Assembly: GCA_043228905.1 (NCBI GenBank)
Contig: JBHGNT010000001.1
Location: 15,376,001 to 15,440,000, forward strand
Origin: Azolla caroliniana
Taxonomy: Eukaryota; Plantae; Polypodiophyta
Reading direction: 5' to 3'
Length of the DNA: 64,000 nucleotides
Under the pieces are notes generated by a model, which searched no databases, had not been told where the DNA came from, and was given only the letters and a program-made list of their open reading frames with translations. Below are positions 26,320 to 38,334 of this stretch, in pieces. A program made the translations under genes and the position numbers. The number at the start of each line of letters is the position of its first letter. Positions within the stretch are counted from its first letter, which is position 1.

Positions 26320-28250
26320 TGTCGCGAAAATACGACGAGGACACGTGAACTTGAGGTAGGACCCCAGGGCCTCCGACCCGAAGATATCAGATTCGTATGA
26401 TTATATTAAACAATTAATACAAAATGAGAAAGATTCACAAATTTCATTAATAAAGGGAAAGAAAGATTACAATCAATCTCAAGATTGAGATTACAAAAAG
26501 TTTAACTAAAGGAGATTACTAGAGTAATAGATAAGAGGAAATTAAGATATGGATTCTCTAGAAAATTAGGGTTTTTGGCTTTGATAAGAGATTATGATTC
26601 TTGAGTGATATAGCTTCCGTATGGAAAATTAGGGTTTTGGGCTTCCATATGGAAAATTAGGGTTTTTGGTTTCCATATGGAAATTTAGGGTTATGAGTAA
26701 GATATGGCTTCCGTAAGGAAATTAGGGTTTACTTAAGAGATATGGCTTCGATAAGATAGGGGAGCTAAGAAGGAAGAGAAAAATAAATATATGGAGAGAG
26801 CCTTAGTGTAAAAAAAAATGGAATTTTATATCGAGTTCTCCTTGTTGATCATATGCCTCTCCACTTTTTGTTGCATGGCCTCTAATTTTAGTTGCATCTC
26901 GTTCCGATAGGTAGCAAGAAAATCCGTGATGTTCTTGCCACCAAATCGTCCGGCTATCTCAACCGTACGATCAACAGCTTTGTCGATTAAAGCTACTCGA
27001 TCTCTCACCTTCAGCATGTATTCCACTACGGACACCATGCCTTTCGTTAATTCCTCTCCTTGAGTTCCGCTTGTGGAAGCCATCGTTGCACTTAATATCC
27101 TCCCTACCGCCTCTTTCACATCGGGTTCACCACTTATTATGTCGTGAAGATCCGTCACTATGCGCGGATCGCGAGGCGGAACCGCCAGGGTTCTGGACTA
27201 GAAGGACTCGAAGTTTGCACAAGATTTAGCGAGAAAAGAATTAAGATAGATTGAAAGAGAGAGAGAGATTGAGATAAGATAGAACGCTTGATTTAGATTG
27301 AGAGAGATTAAGATTGAATTCTTGACTTTAGATTTGAAGAACAAGGTATATCATTACAAGGATAACGAATTTTCTTCTTAATATTAATTTTGATATAAAG
27401 TACAAAGCTCTTGATAAGAATTTTTACATTCCAAAAATCCCCTTTGATCTTTTTCATCCCCTCTTTTATAGATGCCCTCATGCATTTGAGGGTTCAAGAC
27501 ATGCATAAAATGCATGTTTGCCATTTGGCGCTAGCATGTATTACATGTGGTTCATGATAACCACGTCACTCATTTTAGCTCTCATGTATGAGAATTTACA
27601 TGTAAAGTTACAATGATAAAAATACTATTTCAAGAAAATGTCTTGGCTTAGTGGTAAGCCTATAGACTCTCAACTTGGAGGTGCAAGGTTCAAATCCATA
27701 CTTGCACTCCTTCTGTATATATATGTGTGTATCCATATATTTATTTATTTATATATCTATCCGGTCGCCGGATCGCAGATGCCGAATGTCGGTCACCGAG
27801 TCCCGGTTCCGTCGCCGGATGCCGGTTATGTTGCCGATCCGGTTTTGGTTGGGCAAAACCTTTGCAAGTAGCTAGGTCACACCCATTCATTCAATAGCTT
27901 AGTTCAAGTCACCTTGAACTCTCTATGCTCTAGACATAGACACAAAGATAATAGCTTTTGCTCTACCTTATATATGGTGAGATCCTTATTTCCTGTCTAT
28001 GTGGGATATCTCACAGTTTTATTTTTCTCTTCTTCATTCTCATACTTCAGTCCCACATAACTTGTCACTTAGATGTCCTTTTTTTATGTGGTAAAGCACA
28101 TTTGAAAGCTCTTGAAGACCTCCATCTTTTTGTACTAAGATATTAAACATATTTAAATTAGTATCTTCGCTATTATTGTTTTATATGAATCACACTTGAT
28201 TTCGTACGTTTTATTTGATTTTCACACCATTGCCGAAAATCTTCACGACA
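26320..28250 (-). mobile_element. Trp-family element T5, internally deleted (5' LTR 27140-28250, PBS, gag start, dissimilar 3' end)
   Basis: TGTCG...CGACA termini; flanks ACAC/ACGC; Trp PBS at 27115-27132; gag GRFGGKNITDFL. Confidence 0.88.
27644..27697 (+). promoter_or_regulatory. tRNA-like Pol III A-box/B-box module in the T5 LTR, antisense to the element
   Basis: TGGCTTAGTGG and GGTTCAAATCC, T8-to-G53 distance 44 nt, D-stem GCTT/AAGC; acceptor and anticodon stems do not pair. Confidence 0.7.
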
Positions 28251-29367
28251 ACGCGTTTGACCTTTTAGAAGATTAGTAAACAGCGTCGTCAATTGGGAGT
28301 AATTACAAAGGGATTTTCGCAAAAACCCAACAAAACGAAGGAATGATCGAACTTCTCGAATATTCCGAAGAGTGGGCCAAAGCTTGATTTTCTTGATGCG
28401 AGAAGGATCAATTTCAACTCCTCGTTCGGTTATGAGATGTTCAAGATAAGTAATTGATTTCTTTAAGAACTCACATTTTGAGATCTTCGCATAAAACTGT
28501 TTGTCATGTAATGTTTGTAAAACAAAGCGGACATGTTTAACATGTTCTTGTAATGTACGACTATAAACTAAAATATCATCCAAGAAAATAACAACAAATT
28601 TTCCAAGTTGTTCTCGAAAAATATCATTAATTTCTTGTTGAAATGTAGCCGGAGCATTGGTCAAACCAAAAACCATAACCAAAAACTCATAATGGCCATA
28701 ACGCATACGAAATGCCATTTTAGGAACATCGTCCTCACTTATAGGAATTTGATGGTAGCCAGTATGGAGATCAAGTTTTGTAAAATACTGAGCTCCCTGG
28801 AGACGGTCAATTAGATCGTCAGCCCGGGGCAATGGATACGAATTCTTGATCGTCACTTTATTCAAGCATCGGTAATTAATACACATACACCATGTGCCCT
28901 CTTTCTTTTTAACCAAGAGAACTGGTGCACCCCATGGAGATTTACTATAACGTATGTAACCCATTCGTAAATAGTCCTTGAGTTGCTTAGATACCTCATC
29001 CTCTTCGGATCAACTTAAGCGATAAGGAGGTATACTTATTGGTGCAACGCCAGGTACAATATCTAACGATGGTCTATATTACATTTAGGAGGTAACCCAT
29101 TTGGTAGTTCACTCAAAAAAACATCACAAAAATCATTTAAGATTTCATTTCAAATTGTTGTTGTTCAAAATATGTTAATTGAACCAAGAAATTATCGATA
29201 TTGTAAACATGAATGTCCGGATCAAGTACACAATAAAATAGAGTAGAACAAGACAACTCCGATATTGATGGAGAGGAAACAATTGAGAGGGATTTTTTTT
29301 TTACACATTAAATAAAATGAGTACAATCATTCAATACAAAAGTTATTGAATGATGAACCCAATCAAT

Positions 29368-30434
29368 TGCCGGGAACTCCTAGCTCCTTATGCGCAACGC
29401 TCGGCCACAACCGAGATACTTTTCATACACAGAAGACGGGAAATAGAACACGATACAAAAGGAAAAGAAGATACACACAGACTACACAGGAGGTTTACGT
29501 GGAAAACCCCAAACTAGGGGAAAAAACCACGGCAGCCCACAGGCTGCAAACTGTCACTATGTATGAATGTACAAAAAAACAGTGAGTTCTCGGAGGCAAC
29601 GACCTCGGACTCACGCTCTTCGCCACAGGCGGAGGTTACAACAGAGGTAACGACCTCTTTCTCTCTCTCTCTCTCTCTGTTCACTATTACATGCACTCTC
29701 TTCTTCTTGCACCAACAAGAAAAGTAACAACAACAATATTAGTTTGCCCTAAGTCATATTTATACTAATATGACTTTTCGACTATTTACAAGTTTAGCCA
29801 CGATGGCCTCTCAGAAACATATTTACGAATATGTCTCTTCCTCCGGTTCATACCGGGTCTGCACCATCCGGCTCTCCGTAGCTGGGTACTCCTCATCCGG
29901 TTCACACCGGGCCTGCACCATCCGGCTCTCCGTAGCCGGGTACTACTCATCCGGTTCACACCGGGCCTGCACCATCCGGCTCTCCGTAGCCGGGTACTAC
30001 TCATCCGGTTCATACCGGGCCTGTATCATCCGGCTCTCCGTAGCCGGGTACTCATCCGGTTTACACTGGGCCTGTATCATCCGGCTCTCCGTAGCTGGGT
30101 ACTCCTCATCCGGTTCACACCGGGCCTGCACCATCCGGCTCTCCGTAGCCGGGTACTACTCATCCGGTTCACACCGGGCCTGCACCATCTGGCTCTCCGT
30201 AGCCGGGTACTACTCATCCGGTTCATACCGGGCCTGTATCATCCGGCTCTCCGTAGCCGGGTACTCATCCGGTTTACACCGGGCCTGTATCATCCGGCTC
30301 TCCGTAGCCGGGTAGTCATCCGGTTTACACCGGGCCTGTATCATCCGGCTCTCCGTAGCCGGGTACTCCTCATACCGTTTGTTCGTCGGCACTGTTCTTC
30401 TCCCTTCCCATCCGGAGGGACCTGTCTCCCAACA
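29368..30434 (-). mobile_element. Copia A-type solo LTR with an internal minisatellite
   Basis: Start TGTTGGGAGACAGGTCCCTCC resembles the A1 LTR; carries the GGTTTTCCACGTAAA motif; TSD TCAAT/TCAAT. Confidence 0.9.
29841..30373. repeat. 51/54-bp CCGG-rich minisatellite, 10 units, with a 4-unit higher-order repeat
   Basis: Unit CATCCGGTTCACACCGGGCCTGCACCATCCGGCTCTCCGTAGCCGGGTACTACT; the variant order of units 2-5 recurs in units 6-9. Confidence 0.93.
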
Positions 30435-30740
30435 TCAATAGATAAAGAAGAGTTTTTATTATAGAACCAGGGATAACCCAGTATTACATCAGTGGTACAA
30501 AGATTCATTACATGGAAGTCTACTTCCTCTATATAAGTATCAATAGAAATTCCTAAAGAATGAATCACCCCGTTGATGTATTGTACTCTTCCATCAACCA
30601 AGTGCACTGTATAGGTGTGATCACTTACGGTGGGTTGGATTCCCCATATGTAAACCAAACGATCATTCACAAAGTTGTGTGAGCTTCCCGAATCAAACAA
30701 AAATTGTATGGGAGATCCGTTGATATACCCGTTTGCACGT

Positions 30741-32610
30741 TGTCGTGAAGATTCCAGGTCATAGGTGGAAACAATGTGAAATGCTTAGGAACACTGGGGT
30801 GCACGAGTGCACAACCCTAGTGAATTAAATAGTGTAAGTGTTGGGCATAGGTAGAAGGAGGTGTACTAGGTAGTTAAAGCATTAATAGGGATTTAGACAT
30901 CGCGTAAGTAGGGAGAGTTACGAGGAGAACGAATCAGGGGGAAGAATCTAGGAAGGGAAAGCGACAGGTCATGAATGCTCTGTAACGGTCGCTCCTTGTG
31001 CTATAAAAGGGGCAACCTTTGACTGTTTTGGGGGATGTGATCTAGAGAGGAGAAAAGAAACAATGAGAAGAAGGGACGACGAGTCCTACGAGGTATCACC
31101 GGAAGGCGCTTCCCCTGCTCACGTCAAACGCGCGAGTGCTCCTGACTGGGAGATCGACCTTCTGCGTGCCTACGTACCGTTGCATCTAACTACTACAGAG
31201 CTCTACGCTCTATTACCAGCACTAATCCGGTTGTAATTCCCCACAGAGCTACGCGTATGTTTTGATTAATAGAAACTTATCTACCTAACTCAAGTTGTTC
31301 TCAACATATTTGTTTGCGCCTATGTCTACACGTGATCCTCTTACACTCTCTCTCTCGTTTCGCTAACCTTCTCTGTTTAACCGCAGTCTCAGGGCTTACG
31401 TAAACCACATACTCTTCCTCCTCACTTCTTGATTCCTTGGTACAAGACCCTCGTGGTCCTGCCCAACTTCTACGCATTCGCGAGAATTTTCTCGACATCT
31501 TTGGTGAACACGACGTGAAGAAGGGCGACAAAGGAATCTGAAAATGAGAGGAGGAAGATCGAGGAAGGCCATTGGGTGTTAGTCTACGATAACAACCTCG
31601 ACAACCAGCATAGGTCTACGCGTAAGTTCGCGAAGTGATGGTTCAGGCCATACGTGGTAATTAGAGTCAACGATAACATGACGTATCATCTCGCGAAGCT
31701 CGACGGGACCCGAATGACAACTCCGGTGTCTGGGAAGCAGATAAAGGCCTTCAAGAGGCGGAATGAGGCGAAACCGGACCCAGGAGCAGAAAGTTCCAGT
31801 TCAGAAGGGGAGGACGAGTAGTAGATGGCCCGGAATCCCTCACTAAATTTGCTACTTGACACATAACGGAGTATGTGCGGTTTAGTGGGGGGGGATGTCG
31901 TGAAGATTCCGGGCCATAGGTGGAAACAATGTGAAACGCTCAGGAACACTGGGGTGCATGAGTGCACACCCCTAGTGAATTAAATAGTATAAGTGTTGGG
32001 CATAGGTAGAAGGAGGTGTACTAGGTAGTTAAAGCATTAATAGAGATTTAGACATCGCGTAAGTAGGGAGAGTTACGAGGAGAGCGAATAAGGGGGAAGA
32101 ATATAGGAAGGGAAAGCGACAGGTCATGAATGCTCTGTAACGGTTGCTCCTTGTGCTATAAAAGGGGTGACCTTTGACTGTTTTGGGGGATGTGATCTAG
32201 AGAGGTGAAAAGAAACAACGAGAAGAAGGGACGACGAGTTGTACGAGGTATCACCGGAATGCGCTTCCCCTGCTCGCGTCAGACGCCCGAGTGCTCCCGA
32301 CCGGGGGATCAACCTTCTGCGTGCCTACTACCAGCTCTACGCTCTATCATCAACACTGATCCAGTTGTAATTCCCCACAGCGCTACGCGCATGTTTTGAT
32401 TAATATAAACTTATCTACCTAACTCAAGTTGTTCTCAACATCTCTGTTTGCGCCTGTGTCTACATGCGATCCTCTTACACTCTCTCTCTTGTTTCACGGT
32501 CTCAGGGCTTACGTAAACCACATACTCTTCCTCCTCACTTCTTGATTCCTTGGTACAAGACCCCCGTGGTCCTGCCCAACTTCTACGCATCCGCGAGGAT
32601 TTTCTTGACA
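30741..32610 (+). mobile_element. Trp-family TRIM-like element T4 (LTRs 30741-31497 and 31896-32610; about 400 bp internal)
   Basis: TSD ACGT/ACGT; Trp PBS; internal region has only a short leader and the integrase C-terminus (VLVYDN..WFRPY..YHLAKLDGT); G-rich PPT. Confidence 0.94.
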
Positions 32611-35600
32611 ACGTAGTAAATCATTGGGACCCAATACATAAGGAGGGAAAGAACATTGACAATTACTTAAATGATGTGTATAGACTTGAAGGACATTAAG
32701 AATCTGACTGTCATGACCCAAGCTTCGAAGACGAGGTCGATTTGGAAGAAAAGAAGATAATAACAAATGAGAAGACGTTTACAAGACAAAAATACAAGAA
32801 TTTCTATTACCGGAAACTGAGATTACAAGGTTGCTGAGCACTAGTATTGAACCAGAATGGTTCAACACTAAGCAGATCTTCGACTTATATACTGTACATC
32901 AGAATGTGCGTGATCACCATTTGGCATTCATGTTGTGCACCACTTGGCGTACAGGGTGCATGCCATTTGGCGGTCATCTAATGTGTCTAGTGCTCTATAG
33001 TTCTTGAATAATAATAATATGAAAATGTATTTATTAATTAAAATGAGTTGGTGCAATGATTAAAGTGTAAGACCATTGTTTGAAGGTCACAAGTTCAAAC
33101 TTTGATATTCACATTTTGTGACATCATCCCCTCGTTTGACGATGAGTTCCATTAGTCGCAATGCATGAACTAGGTTTTGGTTTATGGGGATAACGAAGAT
33201 GAAACTCTTGTATAAGTTCAGAGGCATTAGTGATGTTCGTTGCAGGTTCCCATGTCCGATCCACAGGCATGTATCCAAGCCAATCTACTAGATAATATAA
33301 CTTATTGTGGATGACCTTAGAGTCCAAAATAGCTTCTACTTCATATTCAGGTCCTTTAGCAAGTTGAACCGGAGATGGTGGTGGGATAACCCGATTTGGA
33401 ATAGAACTTGATGTCCATGGTTCTAATAATGAAACATGAAATACTGGATGAAGATGCATATGGGAAGGCAGGTCCAGACGAAATGTAGCATCGTTGACTT
33501 GATGAGATATTACAAATGGACCTAGACGTTGGAAATCCAATTTGGCACATGGTCGAGTAGTTTTCACATTACGACACAATAACCAGACACGATCACCTAC
33601 TTTAAACTTAGGGTCTTCAAGTGAAGAATCTAAGCGATGTTTATCCGCCACCTTCTTGTACTTGGCTTGAGCATGAAGCAAATTATGAGAAAGGTTGGTT
33701 TGAATTTCTTTGAGTTTTTCTAAACGATCTTTGACCGTGGGATTGTTTGAGACTTTTGGACATTTGAGTATCATCTATCGAGGATGATATCTTGTGTTTG
33801 CAAAGAACGGAGTGAATCTCGTAGAAGAATGGATTGAATTATTTTAAGCAAATCCATATGTAAGAAATACATCCAATCATCTTGTTGATAGTTGATAAAG
33901 AAATGGAGATATTGTTCTAATGTTTGATTTGTGCGTTCCGTTTGACCATCGGTTTGAGGATGGTAGCTTGAAGATAGTTTATGACAAATTCCAAGGATCT
34001 CAAGTAAGTGTGTCCAAAACTTTGCAATAAATTGTGGTCCACGATCACTAATGATTTCATCTGGAAGGCCATGGTGCTTGAAAACTTCTCGCATAACAAG
34101 ACTTGTCAATCTTGACTAGTAAAAGTTTTTCTACATGGAAGAAAATGTGCCATTTTCGTAAAGCGATCCACCAGTGTAAGAATTGCATCATAGCCTTGGG
34201 AAGATGGGAGATTTGTGATGAAATCGATAGAAATGGATTTCCACGGACCATCTGGAATGGGCAATGGGTGCAACAAACCATATGGCCGATGTCGAGGCAT
34301 CTTTGATTGACAACATAAATCACAAGTAGAAACATAGTCTATGACAAATTGACGAACCTAAGGCCACCAATAGTTTCGGGTAACTAGCTCCAATGTTTTC
34401 AAAACTCTGAAATGTCCAGCTAATGGTGAATCATGGCAGTGATGCAAGACTTCAAGTCAAAAAGGTTCATTGGGAATATATGTACGGTTGTTTCGAAAAA
34501 GAAACCCATCATGCCAACTGAAGTTCCCATAATCCATGCGAGAAAACTTGGAGCGTGAACAAGAAGCACGATCTGGAACAATGTGGTCTAAAATATCTTG
34601 TGCAAAATCATCTGAACCAATGCTCGAGCGAATAGAATCGAGAAATTTTGAATCCAAAGTTATCTCAGCAACATTTGTCACCATTAATCGTAGACAGCTA
34701 GGGCTCAAAAGGACTTGTTCTTGATTGTAGTAAGTTGGGTCCCCTGGTTTTGGTGCAAAATAAGAGCGTATTGATAAGGCATCAACTTTACCTTGTTGTG
34801 TTCGTGGTCGATATGTTATCACAAAGTGGAACCGTGTTAGAAATTGTGCCCACTGAGCTTGTCGTCGATTTAGAACTCGAGCATTTTGAAAGTATGTGAG
34901 GTTTTTATGATCGTTGTAAACAATAATTTGGTGGGGAGAACCTTCCAGGAAGTGACGCCATTGTTCGAAAGAGTCAACAATTGCCAACAATTCTTTGTCA
35001 TGGATTTCATAATTGATTTCTGCAGGTTCAAACTTTCTTGAATGAAATGCAACTGGATGTAATTTCTCATCATCCGCTGCTTCCGATAGAACACTTCCTA
35101 GTGCAAAATCAGATGCATCTGCTTCTATGATAAACGGCTTTTTAAGGTCAACCTGAACCAAAATGGGAGTAGATGTAAATGCTTGCTTCAAGCTATCAAA
35201 TGCATCAGCTGCATTTGATGTCCATACAAATGGTCGGTTCTTCTGTGTTAGTTCCATGGGGGCAAAACAACTTTTGAGTAAATCTTGATGAACTTGTGGT
35301 AGAAATTCGCAAATCCCAAGAAACATTGCAGATCACGAACTGGGCCTAGTGCCTTCCAATCTAGAATTTTTTGTACTTTCTTTGGATCCATAAAAATACC
35401 TTCTAGAGAGACAATATACCCTAGAAACTCGACTTGATTGCGGTCAAAGCAACACTTCTCTAGTTTGGCATAAGGACCAAATTCCCGTAATCATTGTAGA
35501 ACTTGTCGAACATGATTATTATGCTCCTCTTGTGTCTTTGAGTAGATTAGTATGTCATCCAAGTAAATTATCGTGAAGATATCGAGGAAATCTTCAAAGA

Positions 35601-37929
35601 TATCATTTGCCATATGTTGGAAAACTGCTGGAACATTTGTAAGCCCAAATGGCATTACTGTGTACTCGAAGTGATCATATCGTGTGCGAAAAGCAGTTTT
35701 CCATTCATCACCAGGTCGAATATGAACAAGGTTGTAAGCTCCTCATAAGTCTAGCCTTGTGAAGTATTTGGCCCCATTGAGACGTTCCAAAAGATTTGGA
35801 ATCAATGGTAGAGCATATCGATTTCGAATCATAACCTTGTTCAAGTCTCGATAGTCTACGACCAAACATAAAGAGCCATCTTTCTTCTTAACAAAAAAAG
35901 TAGAAGCACCAGCAGGAGATCGTGAATGTCAAATAAAGCCATTTGCAACATTCTCATCAATATAGAACTTTGAATTATGACGGCGAAAGGTTATAAATTG
36001 GTCCCCATGGTGGTTCCTTCTCAGCATGCAAATCAATGGGACAATCATATGGGCGATGATCAGGAAGTGTTGTGGCCTTTACCTTATCTAACACATCGGA
36101 AAATTCTTGATACTTTGATGGCAAATGGACCTCTGAATCTTGTGGGTTTCAGAATGGGGTTATGACCACTACAAACACAAACATATCTTCTATTGTAGCT
36201 TCTTTATGTAATCTTTTGAGAGAGATAGTTGATTTATGTCTTGGTGTTAGCTTTGAGGTTGATGTGGTGATGAGCCTTAAAGTGTTGTCTCGTGAGTCTA
36301 TGATTTCCCTCTTCTTCCAATCAATCTTTGGATTATGAAGTTCAAACCACGACAACCCAAGAACAATTGGATGTTCGGGACTGCTTTGATATTAAAAGAT
36401 ATTACAGTAGCTAAATTACTAAGAACTACATGAATACGCTCTGATTCTTCAGTAATATCTCCTGATGCAATAGAACGTCCATCAATTACTGCTACTGATG
36501 CTGGATGAGGAAGCTTATAGAGTAGAATTTCTTGTGTTGTGGCAAAATCCCGATCCATGAAACATGAGTTGGCTCATGAATCCAAGAGCGCAGATGCAAG
36601 AACTTGATGACATCTTGATGTGCTGAGTTGAACTTGCGCCGTGAAAACTTCACTGACTCGGTTCAATGAAATGGAACCTAAGCTCGGAACAAGTTCTATA
36701 TGCTTTGGTTGGTCCAACCAAATGGCTCCGATTTTGGCTGGACTTACTCATTTAACAACTCATCTAGTTGGCTTAGAACATCAAAACTATTGGACTGAGG
36801 GTTGTTGACAAGAGTTCTTGGTTTATTGGCTTTGACCGGAGAACATGAATCAAAATTCTCAATAGCACTTACTTGATTTAATTGTCTGTTTGGTCGATGT
36901 GGACAATGTAATGATATATGTCTTGGACCACGACAATATAGGCAAAGTCGATTTGCTCGACGTCATTGTTTCTCGGCTTCGGACAAAGGACCTCGATGAT
37001 ATGCTGCATCAATCTCCATTGGAGTAGGTCCATTAAAAGAATTAGGATTAGGAACTTGCATTGGTCCTAAAGGTGGTGAGGCTAATATTAAAGCATATGT
37101 TTGCTCAAATCTAAGGCGTGTCGACATTTGTTGGCGCTCAGAACGTCTTTCGAACGAACGATTGTCACATTGAACTACGTGGCTAATAGCTTTTGTTAGT
37201 GATTTGGGTTCATCATGAAATGTTAAGAGCAAGTCTTTAACATCATTACGCAAACCGTGCCGAAACAAGTCCATCATCACTGCTTCATCCCAAGGGATAT
37301 CACAAGCAAGAAGACGAAAATTAGCTGCGTAAGCTGAGGCTGGCCGATCTCCTTGGCACAACCTATGAATCTTGTTTATTGTTGTTCTTACACTATCAGT
37401 ATCACCAAAACTAGCTTGGAATTCATTGATAAAGGTATCAAAGTTTTCTAGTATTGAGGATTTCTTCTCTAGCAATGGTGCAAACCATGCTTTTGCGGTT
37501 CCTGTCAATAGTGTTCCAACTAACCCCACTCGAGTTGCGTCAGTTGGATATTGGTTGGGATGCATATGAATTATAAGGCGTACCTCATTTAAGAATCCTC
37601 GGAATTGAGACCTTGTACCATCAAATTTTGTTGGTAAAATAATTTTGGGTTCTTTCAACAAACTTTGAGAGGTTGAAGCTTGTTGTCGAAGAGATAACAC
37701 AATAGCTTCAAGTTGTTGGATACATTTTGAGAGTTCCTCATGTTGTTGTGCCTTTTCAGTTCACTCACTTGTTGCAAGTCGCCAAGAAGTTTATGATTCT
37801 CTTGTTCCAATGCAACAAATTTTGTTGTTAGGAGGTCAAGTTCTGAGAGAATACACATATACTCTTGTCTACTGACGGTCTCCATTGTGACGGAAAAACT
37901 TCACTAGATATTCAAGAAAGAAAAAGTGG

Positions 37930-37942
37930 CATTCTGGTTCAA
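37930..37942 (-). promoter_or_regulatory. Self-priming PBS of G2
   Basis: Sense TTGAACCAGAATG is the exact complement of LTR sequence 32847-32859, 32 nt downstream of the TATA box. Confidence 0.8.
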
Positions 37943-38277
37943 ACTGTCGCGACCCAAGCTTCAAAGACGAGGTCGATTTGGAAGAAAAGAAGATAATAAC
38001 AAATGAGAAGATGTTTACAAGACAAAAATACAAGAAATCCTATTATCGGAAATCGAGATTACAAGGTTACTGAAGACTGGTGTTAAACCGGAATGGTTCA
38101 ACACTAAGCAGATCTTCGACTTATACCTCAGAATGTGCATGATCACCATTTGGCATACATGTTGTGCACCACTTGGCGTACAGGGTGCATGCCATTTGGC
38201 GGTCATCTAATGTGTCTAGTGCTCTATAGTTCTTGAATAATAATAATATGAAAATATATTTATTAATTAAAATGAGT

Positions 38278-38334
38278 TGGTACAATGGTTAAAGTGTAAG
38301 ACCATTGTTTGAAGGTTACAAGTTCAAACCTTGA
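38278..38334 (+). promoter_or_regulatory. tRNA-like A/B-box module in the G2 5' LTR (also 33049-33105)
   Basis: TGGTACAATGG and CAAG-TTCAAAC-CTTG (T-arm-like) at 44-nt spacing. Confidence 0.6.

Noticed and set aside
27637-27710. Functional tRNA gene (CTC-like loop)
   Set aside because: Acceptor and anticodon stems do not pair; reported only as a tRNA-like promoter module.
29770-30315. Repeat protein (RACTIRLSVAGY)n
   Set aside because: Translation of an LTR minisatellite whose unit lengths are multiples of 3.
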